A stretch of 64,000 nt of DNA from Octopus vulgaris (taxonomy: Eukaryota), in NCBI GenBank assembly GCA_951406725.2, contig OX597827.1, forward strand, positions 31,992,001 to 32,056,000, in the 5' to 3' direction. Below the pieces are notes generated by a model. The model searched no databases and had not been told where the DNA came from. It worked only from the letters and a program-made list of their open reading frames with translations. A program made the translations under genes and the position numbers. Each line of letters opens with the position of its first letter. The stretch's first letter is position 1. Positions 27,575 through 41,038 of the stretch are shown one piece after another.

Positions 27575-28210
27575 AAATTTGCTTCGTGGGTGCAAACCCA
27601 GGTTCGAAATTTTTAACAAACAAGGTTGATTTTTTTCAATCTTAAAATCAAAACAAACACAGATATAAGAATGGCCTCAAATTTTGGCACAACGCCAGCA
27701 GTTTATGAGGTGGGTGTGAGTCGATTACATCGATCCCAGTACTCAACTGGTTCTCCTTTTATTGGTTCCAAAAGGATCAAACCAAAGTCGATCTCGGCAG
27801 AATTTGAATTCAGAACGTAAAGACAGACGAAATGTCGTTAAGCATTTCTCCGGCGTGCTTACGATTCTGACAGCTGGCCGCCTTAAACACATCTATAATA
27901 ATGGTTATTATTATATTTGCCTTTCATCCTTTTAGGGGTTGATGAAATAAGTACCAGTTTCGCACTGGGGTCAATGTAATTGAGTTATCCCTCCCCCCAA
28001 AATTTCAGGCCTTGTGCCTATAGTTGAAAGGGTTATTATTACAGCAATCAAATATGGCAAATCCAGTAATGGAAAAGTAGTGCTTCAAATCAGTTCAAAA
28101 ATGTTGCTACGCTCATTCGTATTGGCGAAGAAGTTTTCCAGGAGGATGTTCAAAGAGTTTTCATTGCAATTTTAAGAGTCGCGCTTGCACCACCTACACC
28201 TGTTCCCGAG
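27575..28210. mobile_element. Dispersed element X (MITE-like) carrying SINE B copies at 27676-27884 (-) and 27915-28035 (+)
   Basis: Both halves are homologous to 43600-43690 and 44130-44320. Confidence 0.7.
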
Positions 28211-28439
28211 CATATACTGCTACAACACCCAACATTTCCTACTCAACCAAGGAGAAACATAAAACATATCTACGCAAACAGAAATTAGTTATAATGTTAA
28301 TGGCGTTACTGGTTCCAAACAACGTGCCAGGATGCACAGGGCCAACAAGTGCAGAAGGAGAACAATTATTACATTTTAACCAGAGTCATTGGGGCGGCAC
28401 CACTGAGGCCTCCGCCAGAATCTACAGACATGGATAAAG

Positions 28440-28762
28440 ACTGGCACTTCGTGGGTGACGACGACAAGGGTTCTAGTTGATTCGATCAACAGAACACCGT
28501 ACTCATGAAATTAACGTGCAAGTGGCTAAGCACTCCACGGACACGTCTACCCTTATCGTAGTTCTCAGGGAGAGTCAGCGTGTCACAGAATTTGACAAGG
28601 CTGGGTATTTGGAATACAGGTATGACTAATATTTATCTAGCCGAGTGGACTGGGATGCGTGAAATAAAGTGTCTTGCTCAAGGACACTGTATGCTGCCAG
28701 GAATCGAACTCACGACCTTACGATTTTGAGTCGAATTCGCAAACCACTAAGCTACGCGCATT
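28440..28762 (-). mobile_element. SINE family D (CORE-type)
   Basis: Minus-strand tRNA head plus gtgtccttgagcaagacactttatttcac. Confidence 0.85.
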
Positions 28763-29745
28763 CACTAGAGAAGGAAGGACTAGAAAGTGAAGAGCGTTGG
28801 AGGCAGAGAGTCGTGTGTCCAAAGTGTTATTCAGTACGAGTTATCATGAATTCCTGTATGTTAAGTAAGAGTGGAGAGTAAGGTGTTGAGGAAAAGGAAA
28901 GAAGAGGCAACATGTCTGAATCAGGACGATTGATCTGCCTCATTCAACATCGCTGTTCGTGCGTTTAGCATTGTTACTACCGTTGAAATAGCTGGATCAG
29001 AGATGGACTGGGACTGCATAATATCATCAATGGTAACATGATCATCATCATCATCATCAACATCATCCTCGTTGCCATCGTCAATAGCAACCACCACGAC
29101 CACGACCACGACCACCACCAACACCAACACCACCACCGTCGCCCACGTTTTCACACATTCCCCAACAGCTCATCCCTTTAGGTTCAGAATATTTTCAAAA
29201 ATATCTAAACACTTCCCACTTTTTCTCTCACTTTCAATTTTATGTTCCTCAACATCGCCGCCACCGCCAGTACCGCCATCGTCGCTACCATTTTTAACTC
29301 ATTATAATCACACTTCGCCATATTTACTCTTCGTAATGTCACGATTTTCTCCCCTCCACCCATCCCTCTCTCACACATACCTATCCTTCTTTAAGTTTAT
29401 ATTTAGATTCAGTTACATCCTTCGGTGTCAGTGTGTGTGTGTGTGTGTTGTGTGTGTGTGTGTGTGCGCGTGTGTGTGTGCGCGCGCGTGTGTGTGAACG
29501 TGTGCTGCTTTGTACAAGTGTATATGAGTATATATACATACACTTATTTTGTAGATATACACACGCACATAATACTTATACATGCATATATACACACATT
29601 TAGAAAACGCACGCATACATATACACACACATACATGTACGCATATGCATACATACAAAACACACACACATATACACACGCGTATACATATAAGCATATA
29701 TATACATAGATATGAATACAAACATACATATATCTATTAGATAGG

Positions 29746-29827
<82 letters not shown>

Positions 29828-30453
29828 CGTATGCACGATGGTAGATGAACAGGTAGACAGATAGACAAACACACACACACACACACACACAAATATATGT
29901 GTGTACTTCTATAAGTATAAACACATAGATGCAAATATATATACAAACATTCACAAACGAATATGTATACGCACACAACAAATGTGTAGTGGTGTGTGGT
30001 GTCTGTGTGTATGTTTGTGTGTGTGCGCATGTGTGTAGAGATACAATGAGTACAGAGATTTTGTTCCTTCTCAATACAATTCTATGAGAGCCTATACATA
30101 ATGCAATCACTTTTTTAGATCATTTTCCAACCGAATCTATTTGTGGCTATTAGTGAAATTTAATATTCGTTCACTTAAAATCACAGCGGAAATTTATTAT
30201 TATTTTTTTTTTTTGCTTTTTTTCTTGTTTTCTAAAGTTTGTCAGAGTAGACAGCAGAGCGTTTTTGATTCTGGTGTGTTCAGAATTGGGAGGCTGCTCT
30301 GGTTGATGAGCGATGCATGTTGGCATTTTATAACGAAGTAGAATTTATAAGAATTCTTGTTAAAGAATAAACCTGATTATATATATATATATATATATAT
30401 ATACATACATATATATATATATATATACATACATACATACATACATACATACA

Positions 30454-30489
<36 letters not shown>

Positions 30490-30889
30490 TATATACATAT
30501 ATTATGTATATATATATATATATATATATTGTATGCATCTACATGTAAGCACGCATGCATGTGTGTATACATACATATGCGTATATAGGTATATGTATGC
30601 ATATATATACATGTACATGTATGTATGACACATGCACACATACATATAGATGCATAGAGTGTGCGTGTGTTTGAGATATATGTTTATATAGGTACACATA
30701 TACGTGTGTATACATTATATATATGAATATATATGTATGTATGTGTGTATATTTGTATATATATGTTTGTCAGTGCGTGTGTGGATATACATATATATAT
30801 ATATAGATAGATATACATACATACTTACATACACATCCGAGAAAATGAGAAAATGAAAGAATGTAAGAGAGAGAGAGAGACAGAGACAG

Positions 30890-30936
<47 letters not shown>

Positions 30937-31498
30937 TCTCAAGAACAATACTACAAAATTTCAGTAAAAATAAGAAATTATATTCAAACAATTATGCTGT
31001 CACGCATGCCATACAAAAAAGACACAAAGTGCCGCAAGCACCCCAATTGCCGCAGGTTGTGCATGCAAGCTTTATGCAGTCTAATTTGTATAGGGTTCTC
31101 ATATCATTAATCAGACAGATGACTGCATTTCATGTTATTATAATGAACGTCGTATTATGGGAAAGTGGATGTTCTTTTAAGGGAGGATACGCGAGGTAAA
31201 CCGGAGTCAACTGTTAACCGTTTTTTTTTATTACATTGAAACAGCGAATTGTTGATTACTTTTACTAAGAGTGATGTTTCTGTTTATTAAGGATATATAA
31301 ACATTACGCATTCAGTTCTGTGTGTGTGTGCGTTACAGGCAAACATTAGCATACATATGCACGCATATATATGTTGAGGTATCTTACATATATACACACA
31401 CATACGTGTGTATACGTGTATACAATATATTCATAAGTACGTCTGCATGTATGTATATAAGATGCATACATACACACACATTATGTATATATATATAC

Positions 31499-31578
<80 letters not shown>

Positions 31579-32865
31579 TATAGAGAGAGAGAGAGAGAGA
31601 GATACCTGTACACACACTCGCATAGCGTGTGTGTGAGTCTAACAAATCCACGATTAGTGAAGCATCGAAACGTTGTCACCTCTATATTATAGTTTCGTCT
31701 CCCAAACCCTTTCATATCTTTTGCAAGTTTCGTTTTGTATCTTTCCGTCACCCACTCTGTTCACTCATTTGTTCTTGTATCTATGCTTTTAGTGCTATAT
31801 ATGCGCCCGTCTATACCGTTACGACTCTAATATGTTAGTGGACTTTTCGAATGGACAATATTGTCTTGGGTAACAAAATTGTAATGATTTCTGATCGGCA
31901 ACTGTTGAGGAGATTAGGCTTCTCCATGTCCATTTTAATGTGAAATAGTTGAAAAGAAAATAAGATGTAATAGTTTTGGGGGAGTAGTAATGAGAAGAGC
32001 CATTTGCAGTCTTGTTTATATTTTTATAAGCGGATATCTGCTACTATTTTTCGACTTCTTGCAAGTAGAGTAAACGAATCTTGAAGTGTCGTAACATGAG
32101 TACAGAAATACTACTACTTTCTCCCGATACGTATGGAACCTGAAAGAATATGACATAATTTTAAGATCACGGAAACGATACCTTCATTAAATATCACCTG
32201 TGCATACCAGAAAAATACAATATGCTGAGACAGCGGTTTCATTTTCTTTCAGCTATAATTTGGAATTAATTGCTTCTGATTCTTACTAAAAGGATTTCTT
32301 GCCAACAATTTGCTTTGCCTACCAATTAAATTACACAATACCATGTAATTCTTCACCGACCTTTTTACACGCAGTTTTTCGTTGTTATATGAAATGTTTG
32401 TGGGAATAACACTGCAAATCTCCCACAGAAACGTTTATGTCTAGCTCTACTGTCCATGACAACACCCGTTAATAAAACTATGTGGGAAAAAAGTCCTAAA
32501 TGTAGACCAATCATATTATATACATTCATTTTGTGATATTTTCTAAGATTTGTGCCCCTGACCTTCCTCGGCCATCTGAGACCAGTGAAGCTGACAGCGT
32601 CAAACGTTCCGCTTCAACTGCTGCACCTTTCATTAGTTTCAACTTACGGCCTGTCCCACCGTCACTGTTCTGAACTCGATTATTCAATACTATTTTTCTA
32701 TCTTTCTTTCTAAATAAACTCCTTTACCATTCCCTTGACAATATTTTGTAATCCGATACACACACACATATATAAACACACATACACACACACACACAGT
32801 CATCTATTTCTATGCCCCTATTATTCTCATGCTTTTTTATTCCTCCCTTCATCATCTTACTTTAA

Positions 32866-33080
32866 CCCTTAACCAATTAGATTACTTTATCAAATGCATG
32901 CCTTCTTGCTCACATTAGTTCAAGTTAATCATGCATTATCATGTAATTGAGATTATTTTGATGATGTGAATGTTTTTGTAATGACATTGTAAAGTAGGTC
33001 TGAGAGGCCAGATCTGATCAGTTTGAAGATAAAAAGGTTGAAAATTTGGGTCGGATATGGCCTGTTTAAATGCTAAACGG
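32866..33080. mobile_element. piggyBac-like MITE
   Basis: TTAA-CCC...CGG-TTAA with short imperfect TIRs. Confidence 0.6.
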
Positions 33081-33324
33081 TTAATTATCTTCTCTTGATT
33101 AATCGTTCAGCCATTCAATCAACCAGATTCGTCAGAGTGCTTTTGTTACCACTCACGACAAACCCTTGCTACTGCGGTTCTGTTTCAGACAGACAAAGAG
33201 TAGCAAGAGTATGGCCTATGGCCTTAATCACGATCCGATCGATCAATCGATTAATGAAACAGTCGATAAATTAATTGAATGAATAGTTAAATATTTACTA
33301 TGCTTAGGAAAAACTCTTTATCAA

Positions 33325-33456
33325 ATAGTCGTGGTAAGAAGTCTGTTTCGCAACCACATGGTTCCAGGTTCAGTCTCACTGCGTGACACCTTGTGAGAGT
33401 GTCTTCTATTATAGTCCTCGGATAAACCAAATACTTGTCAGTGGATTTGGTAGTTT

Positions 33457-33504
<48 letters not shown>

Positions 33505-33975
33505 AGTGATATATAATATATATATATACATGTAAGTGTGTGACCACTTGACAACCGGTATTGTTATACTTAGGGCGGCGAGCTGGCAGAATCGTGAACA
33601 CGCCGGGCGAAATGCTTAGCGGTATTTCGTCTGCCGTTACGTTCTGAGTTCAAATTCCGCCGAGGTCGACTTTGCCTTTCATCCTTTCGGGGTCGATAAA
33701 TTAAGTACCAGTTACGCACTGGGGTCGATGTAATCGACTTGATCCGTTTGTCTGTCCTTGTTTGTCCTCTCTGTGTTTGGCCCCTTGTGGGTAGTAAAGA
33801 AACAGGTATTGTTATACTTATGTCACCATAACTTAGAGGTTCGGCAAAATAGACCGATAGAATAAGTGCAAGTCTTATAAAAATTAAGCACCGGTCTCGA
33901 TTCGTTCGACTAAAATTCTTCAAGTTGGTGCCCCAACATGACTGGATGAAGCAAAAGGTAAAGGATTTCCAATGT
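33325..33975 (+). mobile_element. Diverged SINE A with nested SINE B
   Basis: A sequence on both sides of the insertion. Confidence 0.85.
33573..33804 (+). mobile_element. SINE family B nested in A
   Basis: Exact 16-bp TSD ggtattgttatactta at 33557-33572 and 33805-33820. Confidence 0.93.
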
Positions 33976-34199
33976 AAAAAAAAAAAAGAAAAATAACAAC
34001 TGGAGTTAAAAGTATTTTCCAGATGAGATAGGAATGGAATTTGGCCAAAAGAAATATTCGTATTTGATTGTTGGACGTGAAAAATTAGTCCCCCAACCCC
34101 AACCCTATGCATCAATGTTCCATCTATCTCTCCTGTTGTACACAAATATTTAGGCATTGATGAAAATGAAATGATACGATGGTGCTGTGAAGAATGAGT

Positions 34200-35439
34200 G
34201 ACACAAAAATATTACAGCAGACTTAGAAAAATATGACAGTCAGAGACTTCCTCTTACATCATGTCAATCCCACAACCGTTTTGCAATACCGCTGCTGATA
34301 GCAGCATTTGGAATACTTGAGTGGTCTGTAGAAGACATCCACTCCATAGACATTAAAACCCGTAAAATCCTGACAGCAACTGGAAACTTCTTCGGTGATA
34401 CCGAGAAGTTCTACCTAAGAAGAGATGAAGGAGGTAGAAGCCTTAGATCAGTGTAGATAGCTTTCGACTGTCGTACAGTATTTCTCAGACAGCGCCTGCT
34501 AAAGAACAACAGCAAAACTAATTATAGAAACCTAGTTCTGAAAAACTAACAGACCAACATCCTAAGTATCAGCAGCGAGCTTCTCCGGGAGTACACTCTG
34601 GTCTAAAATGTTCCAAAGAAGACCCAAATGTGAAACGCTCAGCATGACGAAAAAAGATCCCAAAATCAAAAAGACTATGCATGGGTATGTTTCCTGAAGA
34701 CTTGAAGATGACATGAATATCGATATGAAATGAAGCCTCGCTTGGACTCGTGACCGCTACATGAAATCATTCATCTAAGAATACGTGTGTGCAATCCACG
34801 AGCAGGAGATTGCTGCTAAATATCTAATCAATAAAAGAGAGAACGAAGCCCTCGGAGCGCTGAGACACTACCGAAAATATCAATTAGGTTGCATTTCTGT
34901 GTAATACATCACACGTGATCAGCAACGATGTCGTCATGTTATTACCTCCCAACGCAAGATGGCGTTGTTGCAGAAACAATACACAGTGTCATCGGCAGCC
35001 CAAAAGACGACCCTAGAATAAATATAGAGTCTCTTACTGTTATGGAATACATACACAAACAGCAACGCAAGAAATATCAGTGGAACATTTCCATCAAAAC
35101 TTCTGTCACGTGAAAAATTAAGGATATAGTTGTTTGGGACAAACAAGAAAAAGTATGTAGCATCATGTAGCATCATGGAGGTCAGCTGCCCAGTTGGTGT
35201 AAATATCTCTTCGAAAATCAAACCAAACACAAAGAGGAAAACAATGGACAACTATTTCGAAATCTTCTAGGAGTGGCAGTGTGGTAAGTAGCTAGCTTAC
35301 CAACCATATGGTTCCGGGTTCAGTCCCACTGCGTGGCATCTTGGACAAGTGTCTTCTACTATAGCCTCGGGTCGACCAAAGCCTTGTGAGTGGATTTGGT
35401 TGACGGAAACTGAAAGAAGCCCATCGCATATATGTATGT

Positions 35440-35521
<82 letters not shown>

Positions 35522-35810
35522 ATATGTATGTGTGTCTGTGTTTGTCCCCCAGCATTGCTTGACAACCGATGCTCCAGCATGGCCACAGTCAAATGAATGA
35601 AACAAGTGAAAGAGTAAAAGAGTATATCCAGATTGTAAATTCACAATTAATCTAATAACTGGTGCATTTGGTTTTGTGTGAAAATACCAAAGTGACAATC
35701 TGGAAAAGATAAGGTTACAGGTAAAGAAATTAACTAATTAACAGGTGCATTTCAAATATAATCTGTAAGCAGAACAATATAAATATGCAAGGCTTTTCTC
35801 AAGATCAGTG
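34200..35810 (+). pseudogene. R4/Dong-clade LINE relic (RT C-terminus, Zn-knuckle region, REL endonuclease)
   Basis: HNRFAIPLLIAAFGILEWSVEDIHSIDIKTRKILT..FYLRRDEGGRSL; AIHEQEIAAKY; DIVVWDKQEK..IMEVSCP; resumes at YPD after the SINE. Confidence 0.88.
35269..35622 (+). mobile_element. SINE family A (internal deletion) nested in the R4/Dong relic
   Basis: A sequence splits the endonuclease region. Confidence 0.9.
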
Positions 35811-35934
35811 CGTGGCATTGTTTTTGTTATCTACATTCAAACTCTGGAGATTTATATCTTTGTAAGAAAGCAACATCTTCCTTACAGGAAAACTTGATAT
35901 AATAAAAAATAGAACAGAATATGCAAGCAAGCAT

Positions 35935-36007
<73 letters not shown>

Positions 36008-37007
36008 TACATACATACATACATACATACACACACATATATACATATGTATGTACAAAACACACACACATACATTACACGCATACATTAGGTAAATACA
36101 CATGTCGCTCCACACGCACAGGCGTACGCACGCACACACTTAGCTAAATCTGTATCTAATCTCTTCGTGATTTTCCTCCTGTCATGCATTCCTCATCGGT
36201 GTTCCAGTCAATCGCATTAATTCTTTCCGTCTTCACAATACCCGTATATCGCTCGTTTTAGACTCAGTTGTTCAGCACTTCCATACCCGTATTTACAAGC
36301 ACGCAGAACTCACAAGCATCTCATCACACAAACACAAGGCATTATACACCTACACACACACACACATACGTACGTACAAACGTACATACATACATACACA
36401 CATACATACACATATATATACACACATACACACACATACATACACACATACATACATACACATACATACACACACATACATACACACACGCATACACACA
36501 CGCATACACACACACGTACACGCACATATATATATACACATACATATATACATATACATGCTTACGCACACATACATGCATACGCACACATATACACACA
36601 TACACACACCTATACACATACACACATACATACCCATATAATCTCATTAGTTTTAGTTTTACGAAATTACTACTTGTATGTATGTGTGTGTATATATCTA
36701 TGCATATGGGTTTACGTATAAACGTATGTGCGCGTATCTATGCATGCACATATCTATGCATGCACATATGCATGTGTATATTCATATATTTGTATGCATG
36801 TGTGTGCGTGTATGTATACATGTGTGCACAAGCATATATATGCATGCATATATGTCTGTGTATATGAATGCAAGCACATGGGCGTGCGCGTGTTAATCCC
36901 CAGATCTTCTATCAATGCATCAATTTATCCGTTATTCTGTCTACCAATTCGTTAAGCTTTCATTCATTCATTCACTCATTCATTCATTCATTCATTCATT
37001 CATTCAT

Positions 37008-37057
<50 letters not shown>

Positions 37058-37374
37058 GTCGAACACGCTTTTATATAGACAGACATAGTGACACAGATAG
37101 ATAAACAGAGACAGAAGAGGACCCTCACGCATTTATATGCATACACACAGGTAAGCAGACAATACATTTTTTTATAGCAACACTAATAAATCTACTTAAC
37201 TCTACATCTGTTCGCACACGCACAATGAATAGATATATATGTATATATGGATAACAGAGAGGGCGAAAGGTATCGGGGATAATGGTGTTACATTGTGAGC
37301 CGAAAAGAACATATTCTCCGGTATGATGTAAATATGCAGCTCGCGACTGTTGAACGAGGGTGGATGACAACTGG

Positions 37375-37600
37375 ACGAAGACAGGTGTTGTAGACAACAA
37401 ACAGATGTATTAGTATAACGCTCGGGAAGTGAAAAAGTCTTTAACGTTTCGAGCCTACGCTCTTCCACAGAAAGGAACATAGAAAGAAACAAAGAAAGAA
37501 AATAAAGGCTGTGTAGTGGCTAGCTATCTATCATGGCGAATGCTGGACAGAAGGGTCATAAAGGAGAGCTAGGGAGAAGGGGAGATAATAAAGTAGTGGT
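37375..37600 (-). mobile_element. Element G copy 1 (PLE-type, HHR-bearing)
   Basis: 37391-37474 is identical to 60271-60354. Confidence 0.7.
37439..37474 (-). ncRNA. Minimal hammerhead motif with variant core CUGUGGA
   Basis: CTTT-CTGTGGA-A-GAGC-GTAG-GCTC-GAAAC-GTT-AAAG. Confidence 0.6.
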
Positions 37601-37749
37601 GATCCCAAAACGAAGGTGTGCTGGTGATCTTGACGTGTGCGATATAGTCATGGTATATTCTGTCAAGAACGTAGTAGAGTACAATATAGAGCTCGTCCAC
37701 CTCCAGATTTACCGGAGACATATGACCTGAGGAAGCACAGCTAGATCTC

Positions 37750-37937
37750 ATAATGCAGGGAAACAGTTGCATAATCAAGTACCTGCACACTTGGAAAACT
37801 ACGTTGCGTCGAAACAACTGTAGTGATTAAAAAATAAATGTCCAACCATTTATCTTTTAATCACTACAGTTGTTTCGACGCAACGTAGTTTTCCAAGTGT
37901 GCAGGTACTTGATTATGCAACTGTTTCCCTGCATTAT
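37750..37937. repeat. Near-perfect palindrome: 91-bp arms, 6-nt loop, one mismatch
   Basis: 37750-37840 is the reverse complement of 37847-37937. Confidence 0.97.
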
Positions 37938-38389
37938 TAGTTGACTCCATTTTCTTCAATTACATATATATATATATATATATGTATGCATATATGTATT
38001 TATCCATGCATATTTGTGTATGTATGCATATGTGTGTATACATATATGCATATTTGTGTGTGTATATATGGAAACCCCAGCTTGCAGATATTAGCATATG
38101 TTTCATGCCATTCTCTTACTTACAATCAGTAACGGATTACGTACCCTTGTTTGCACAATATGCGTTTATAATGCATGAACCAGTCGTCGCATCTTTGAAA
38201 CAGCTGTAAAATCTTACCTTTATCTTGTAATATGAACGTGGGCATATAACATCTCAATATAAATATTTTCTTGTTCACTATTACTGTTTTGTGACTTTCT
38301 TTCTCATATACATGCGTGTGTGTGTGTGTCTGTGTGTGTGTGTGTGTGTGTGTATGTGTGTGTGTGCATATCTTCCTTGTTTAAATTTT

Positions 38390-38793
38390 GAATTTTGACT
38401 GCGGCCATATTGGAGCCAATCGATCCCAGGACTGATTCTTTGTAAGCCTAGTACTTATTCTATCGGCTTCTTTTGCCGAACCGCTAAGTGACGGGGATAT
38501 AATCACACCAACATCGGTTGTCAAACCATGGTGTAGGGACAAACACAGACGCACAAACATATGCACACACACATACACGCATACACATACATACACACAC
38601 ACACACACTCACACACGCATATATATATATGACAAGCTTCTTTCAGTTTCCGTCAACCAAATCTACTCACAAGGCTTTGGTCGGCACGAGGCTATAGTAA
38701 AAGGCACTTGCCCAAGGTGCCACGCAGTGGGACTGAAACCGGAACCATGTGATTGGCAAGCAAGCTACTTACCACTCAGCCACGCCTGCGCCT
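38390..38793 (-). mobile_element. SINE family A
   Basis: Reverse complement of A. Confidence 0.9.
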
Positions 38794-39200
38794 ATATATG
38801 TCTTTTTAATTAAAAATTCATTCCGACGGCCACCTGCTTGGTAGCAAGATTCTGAAGGGAAGCATCTTGCTTTTTCTCATCCTTAAAATCTTAAAAAAGT
38901 TTCGCAGTTTTATATTGTTCCTGATATCTTGATTACTTGTAGTGTATGAATTAACGAGTTGAAACCTTTTCCCCAAGAACCCCAAGTCCGCACAGGTTAA
39001 TACATATCCAGTTAATTCAATAACTTCCGGCGTGAAACCAAACGCTTTTCGCCTATATTTTCCTGACTATATTGGTGTCAAGGGGGCATCTGGTTTCCAC
39101 AACAGAACATGTTTTGCTTTGTGGACCCAGACAACAATATCTGAACGATACATACATTATTTACATTTGACGGATATTTGTCCTCATCTTTTTTGTTGTT

Positions 39201-39246
39201 AACACAACGTTTCGGCTGATATACTCCCCAGCCTTCATCAGGAGTC
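39201..39246 (-). ncRNA. Minimal type I hammerhead ribozyme motif, core intact
   Basis: GACTC-CTGATGA-A-GGCTG-10 nt-CAGCC-GAAAC-GTT-GTGTT. Confidence 0.8.
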
Positions 39247-39293
39247 TTGGGGAAATTTCGAACCTGGGTTCTCATTCGCAAGGTATTTTTCGA

Positions 39294-39353
<60 letters not shown>

Positions 39354-39483
39354 CATTATTATTGTTATTGTGGACATATGGCGTAGTGGTTAATAGCGTT
39401 GGTTCGATTCCAACAATAACAATAATAATAATACTTTCGAAATATACCTTAAGAATGAGAGCCCAGGTTCGAAATTTCCCCAA

Positions 39484-39529
39484 GACACATGATGAAGGCT
39501 GGAGGGTATTTTAGCCGAAACGTTGTGTT
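39484..39529 (+). ncRNA. Hammerhead motif, C3A-mutated copy
   Basis: GACAC-ATGATGA-A-GGCTG..TAGCC-GAAAC-GTT-GTGTT. Confidence 0.65.
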
Positions 39530-39879
39530 AACAACAAACAGGATGAGGACAAATATCCGTCGAATGTAAATACTGTCAATAATGTAAATAATGTAAATAA
39601 TTCCTTATCTCTTAAATATAGAACTGAATGATACATGTATGTATGTATGTATGTATGTATGTATGTATGTATGTATGTATGTTTGTAATATGTTTGTTGA
39701 TGAGAACCAGACCAGCTTATAGAGAAAAAAAAACGTGCTTGAGGAATATTCTGTATTTGGTGACTCTTTCAAAGAATTTCAATTCGCTTCCAGCTAAGAC
39801 TATTCAAAACAAATTGGATGCGGAATTGGTATAATTCTTATAGCGTCTGGTTGTACGACCCTCGGCGTTTGTTTCAGCT

Positions 39880-40680
39880 CTCTGCCGTCTGGATCAACTT
39901 TGCCTAAAGATACAAGAAAACCGTTTGATCCGTGCCAAGCGGCTACCTAAAAGGTTAGAAATCCTTACGAACATGACATGCTCTGGTTCTTCTCTGATGA
40001 GGAAAACTCGACCAAGACAAAACGGTAGAAATAACATAGTTATGTGCAAAACGGTAGAAATAACATAGTTATGTGCAAATCGTTTTGATGTCCCCAGGGT
40101 GATGCACATTAAATTTCCAGCAACTGCGACGGTTTTAGGAGTGGTGAGTAACGAAGATCATGTCATATCTTCCACTGGGGCTTAGAATTAATGCTGTAGG
40201 ATATGTTGCGATGTTGGAGAGTTATTAAGTCCTGGATGAATGAAGTTCACAGTGGAGGGTTTTTGTACTTGTTTCAGCAAGACTCAATATCTCACAATAC
40301 CCACGTAACCCCAAGATAGATATCAGACAACTTTTATGATCATGTAACCCCAAATTTGTGGCCTCCAAGCTCGCCAGTTTTATATTCATTTCATGGACTA
40401 CTACGTATCGAGTGGTGTTGAAAGGGAGACTATTTGACATCCTCACAATATCATAGCTTCACTGAAGGCAGCCATCGCCCAGGCGATATCCAAAGTGAAT
40501 AAGGAGCATTTAGTGCAGACATGTCAAAGATTCCGGTCCCGCATCGAAGTCGTTAAGGCGGAAGAAAGCTTCTAAAAATCAAGGACACAAATTTTCATCA
40601 AAATACATTTAGCCTCTTCCAGATGAGAATTGGTTTATGAAATTACCCAATATGTCCTCAGATACATTTCACACCTTGTT
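39880..40680 (+). pseudogene. Second maT-like transposase relic
   Basis: MLWFFSDEEN, VMHIKFPATATVLGVVSNEDHV, LWPPSSP..MDYYV..VERE, TCQRFRSRIE; internal tandem duplication of about 29 bp near 40019-40077. Confidence 0.85.
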
Positions 40681-40864
40681 TTAATAAATACACACAAACA
40701 CATATATCTGTAAGTGTATGTATCATAAGAATTTAGTAACTTCGAGAGATGTGAAATATAGCATTTTAACGGAGGAACTCGAAGTAGACAAAGTTTAAAT
40801 ACTAATAAAAAAATATATATATATTCATATTCTGAGTTTTACTTTTTCTGTTTTGCATCAAGAT

Positions 40865-40913
<49 letters not shown>

Positions 40914-41002
40914 GGTCCGGGTTGATTCATATCAATACATATATAATTTATATATATACAGGACTATATATTCATATTCCTGAAGATTTCTCTGATATAT
41001 CC

Positions 41003-41038
<36 letters not shown>

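Larger units (their letters stand above)
39154..39623 (+). mobile_element. Family E insertion: inverted partial copy plus full tRNA-headed HHR element
   Basis: TSD ctgaa(c/t)gatacat at 39141-39153 and 39624-39636; head at 39370 with A box tggcgtagtgg and B box gttcgattcc. Confidence 0.85.

Noticed and set aside
31860-32460. Possible MULE transposase scrap (FFNYFTLKW on the minus strand)
   Set aside because: Single short motif only
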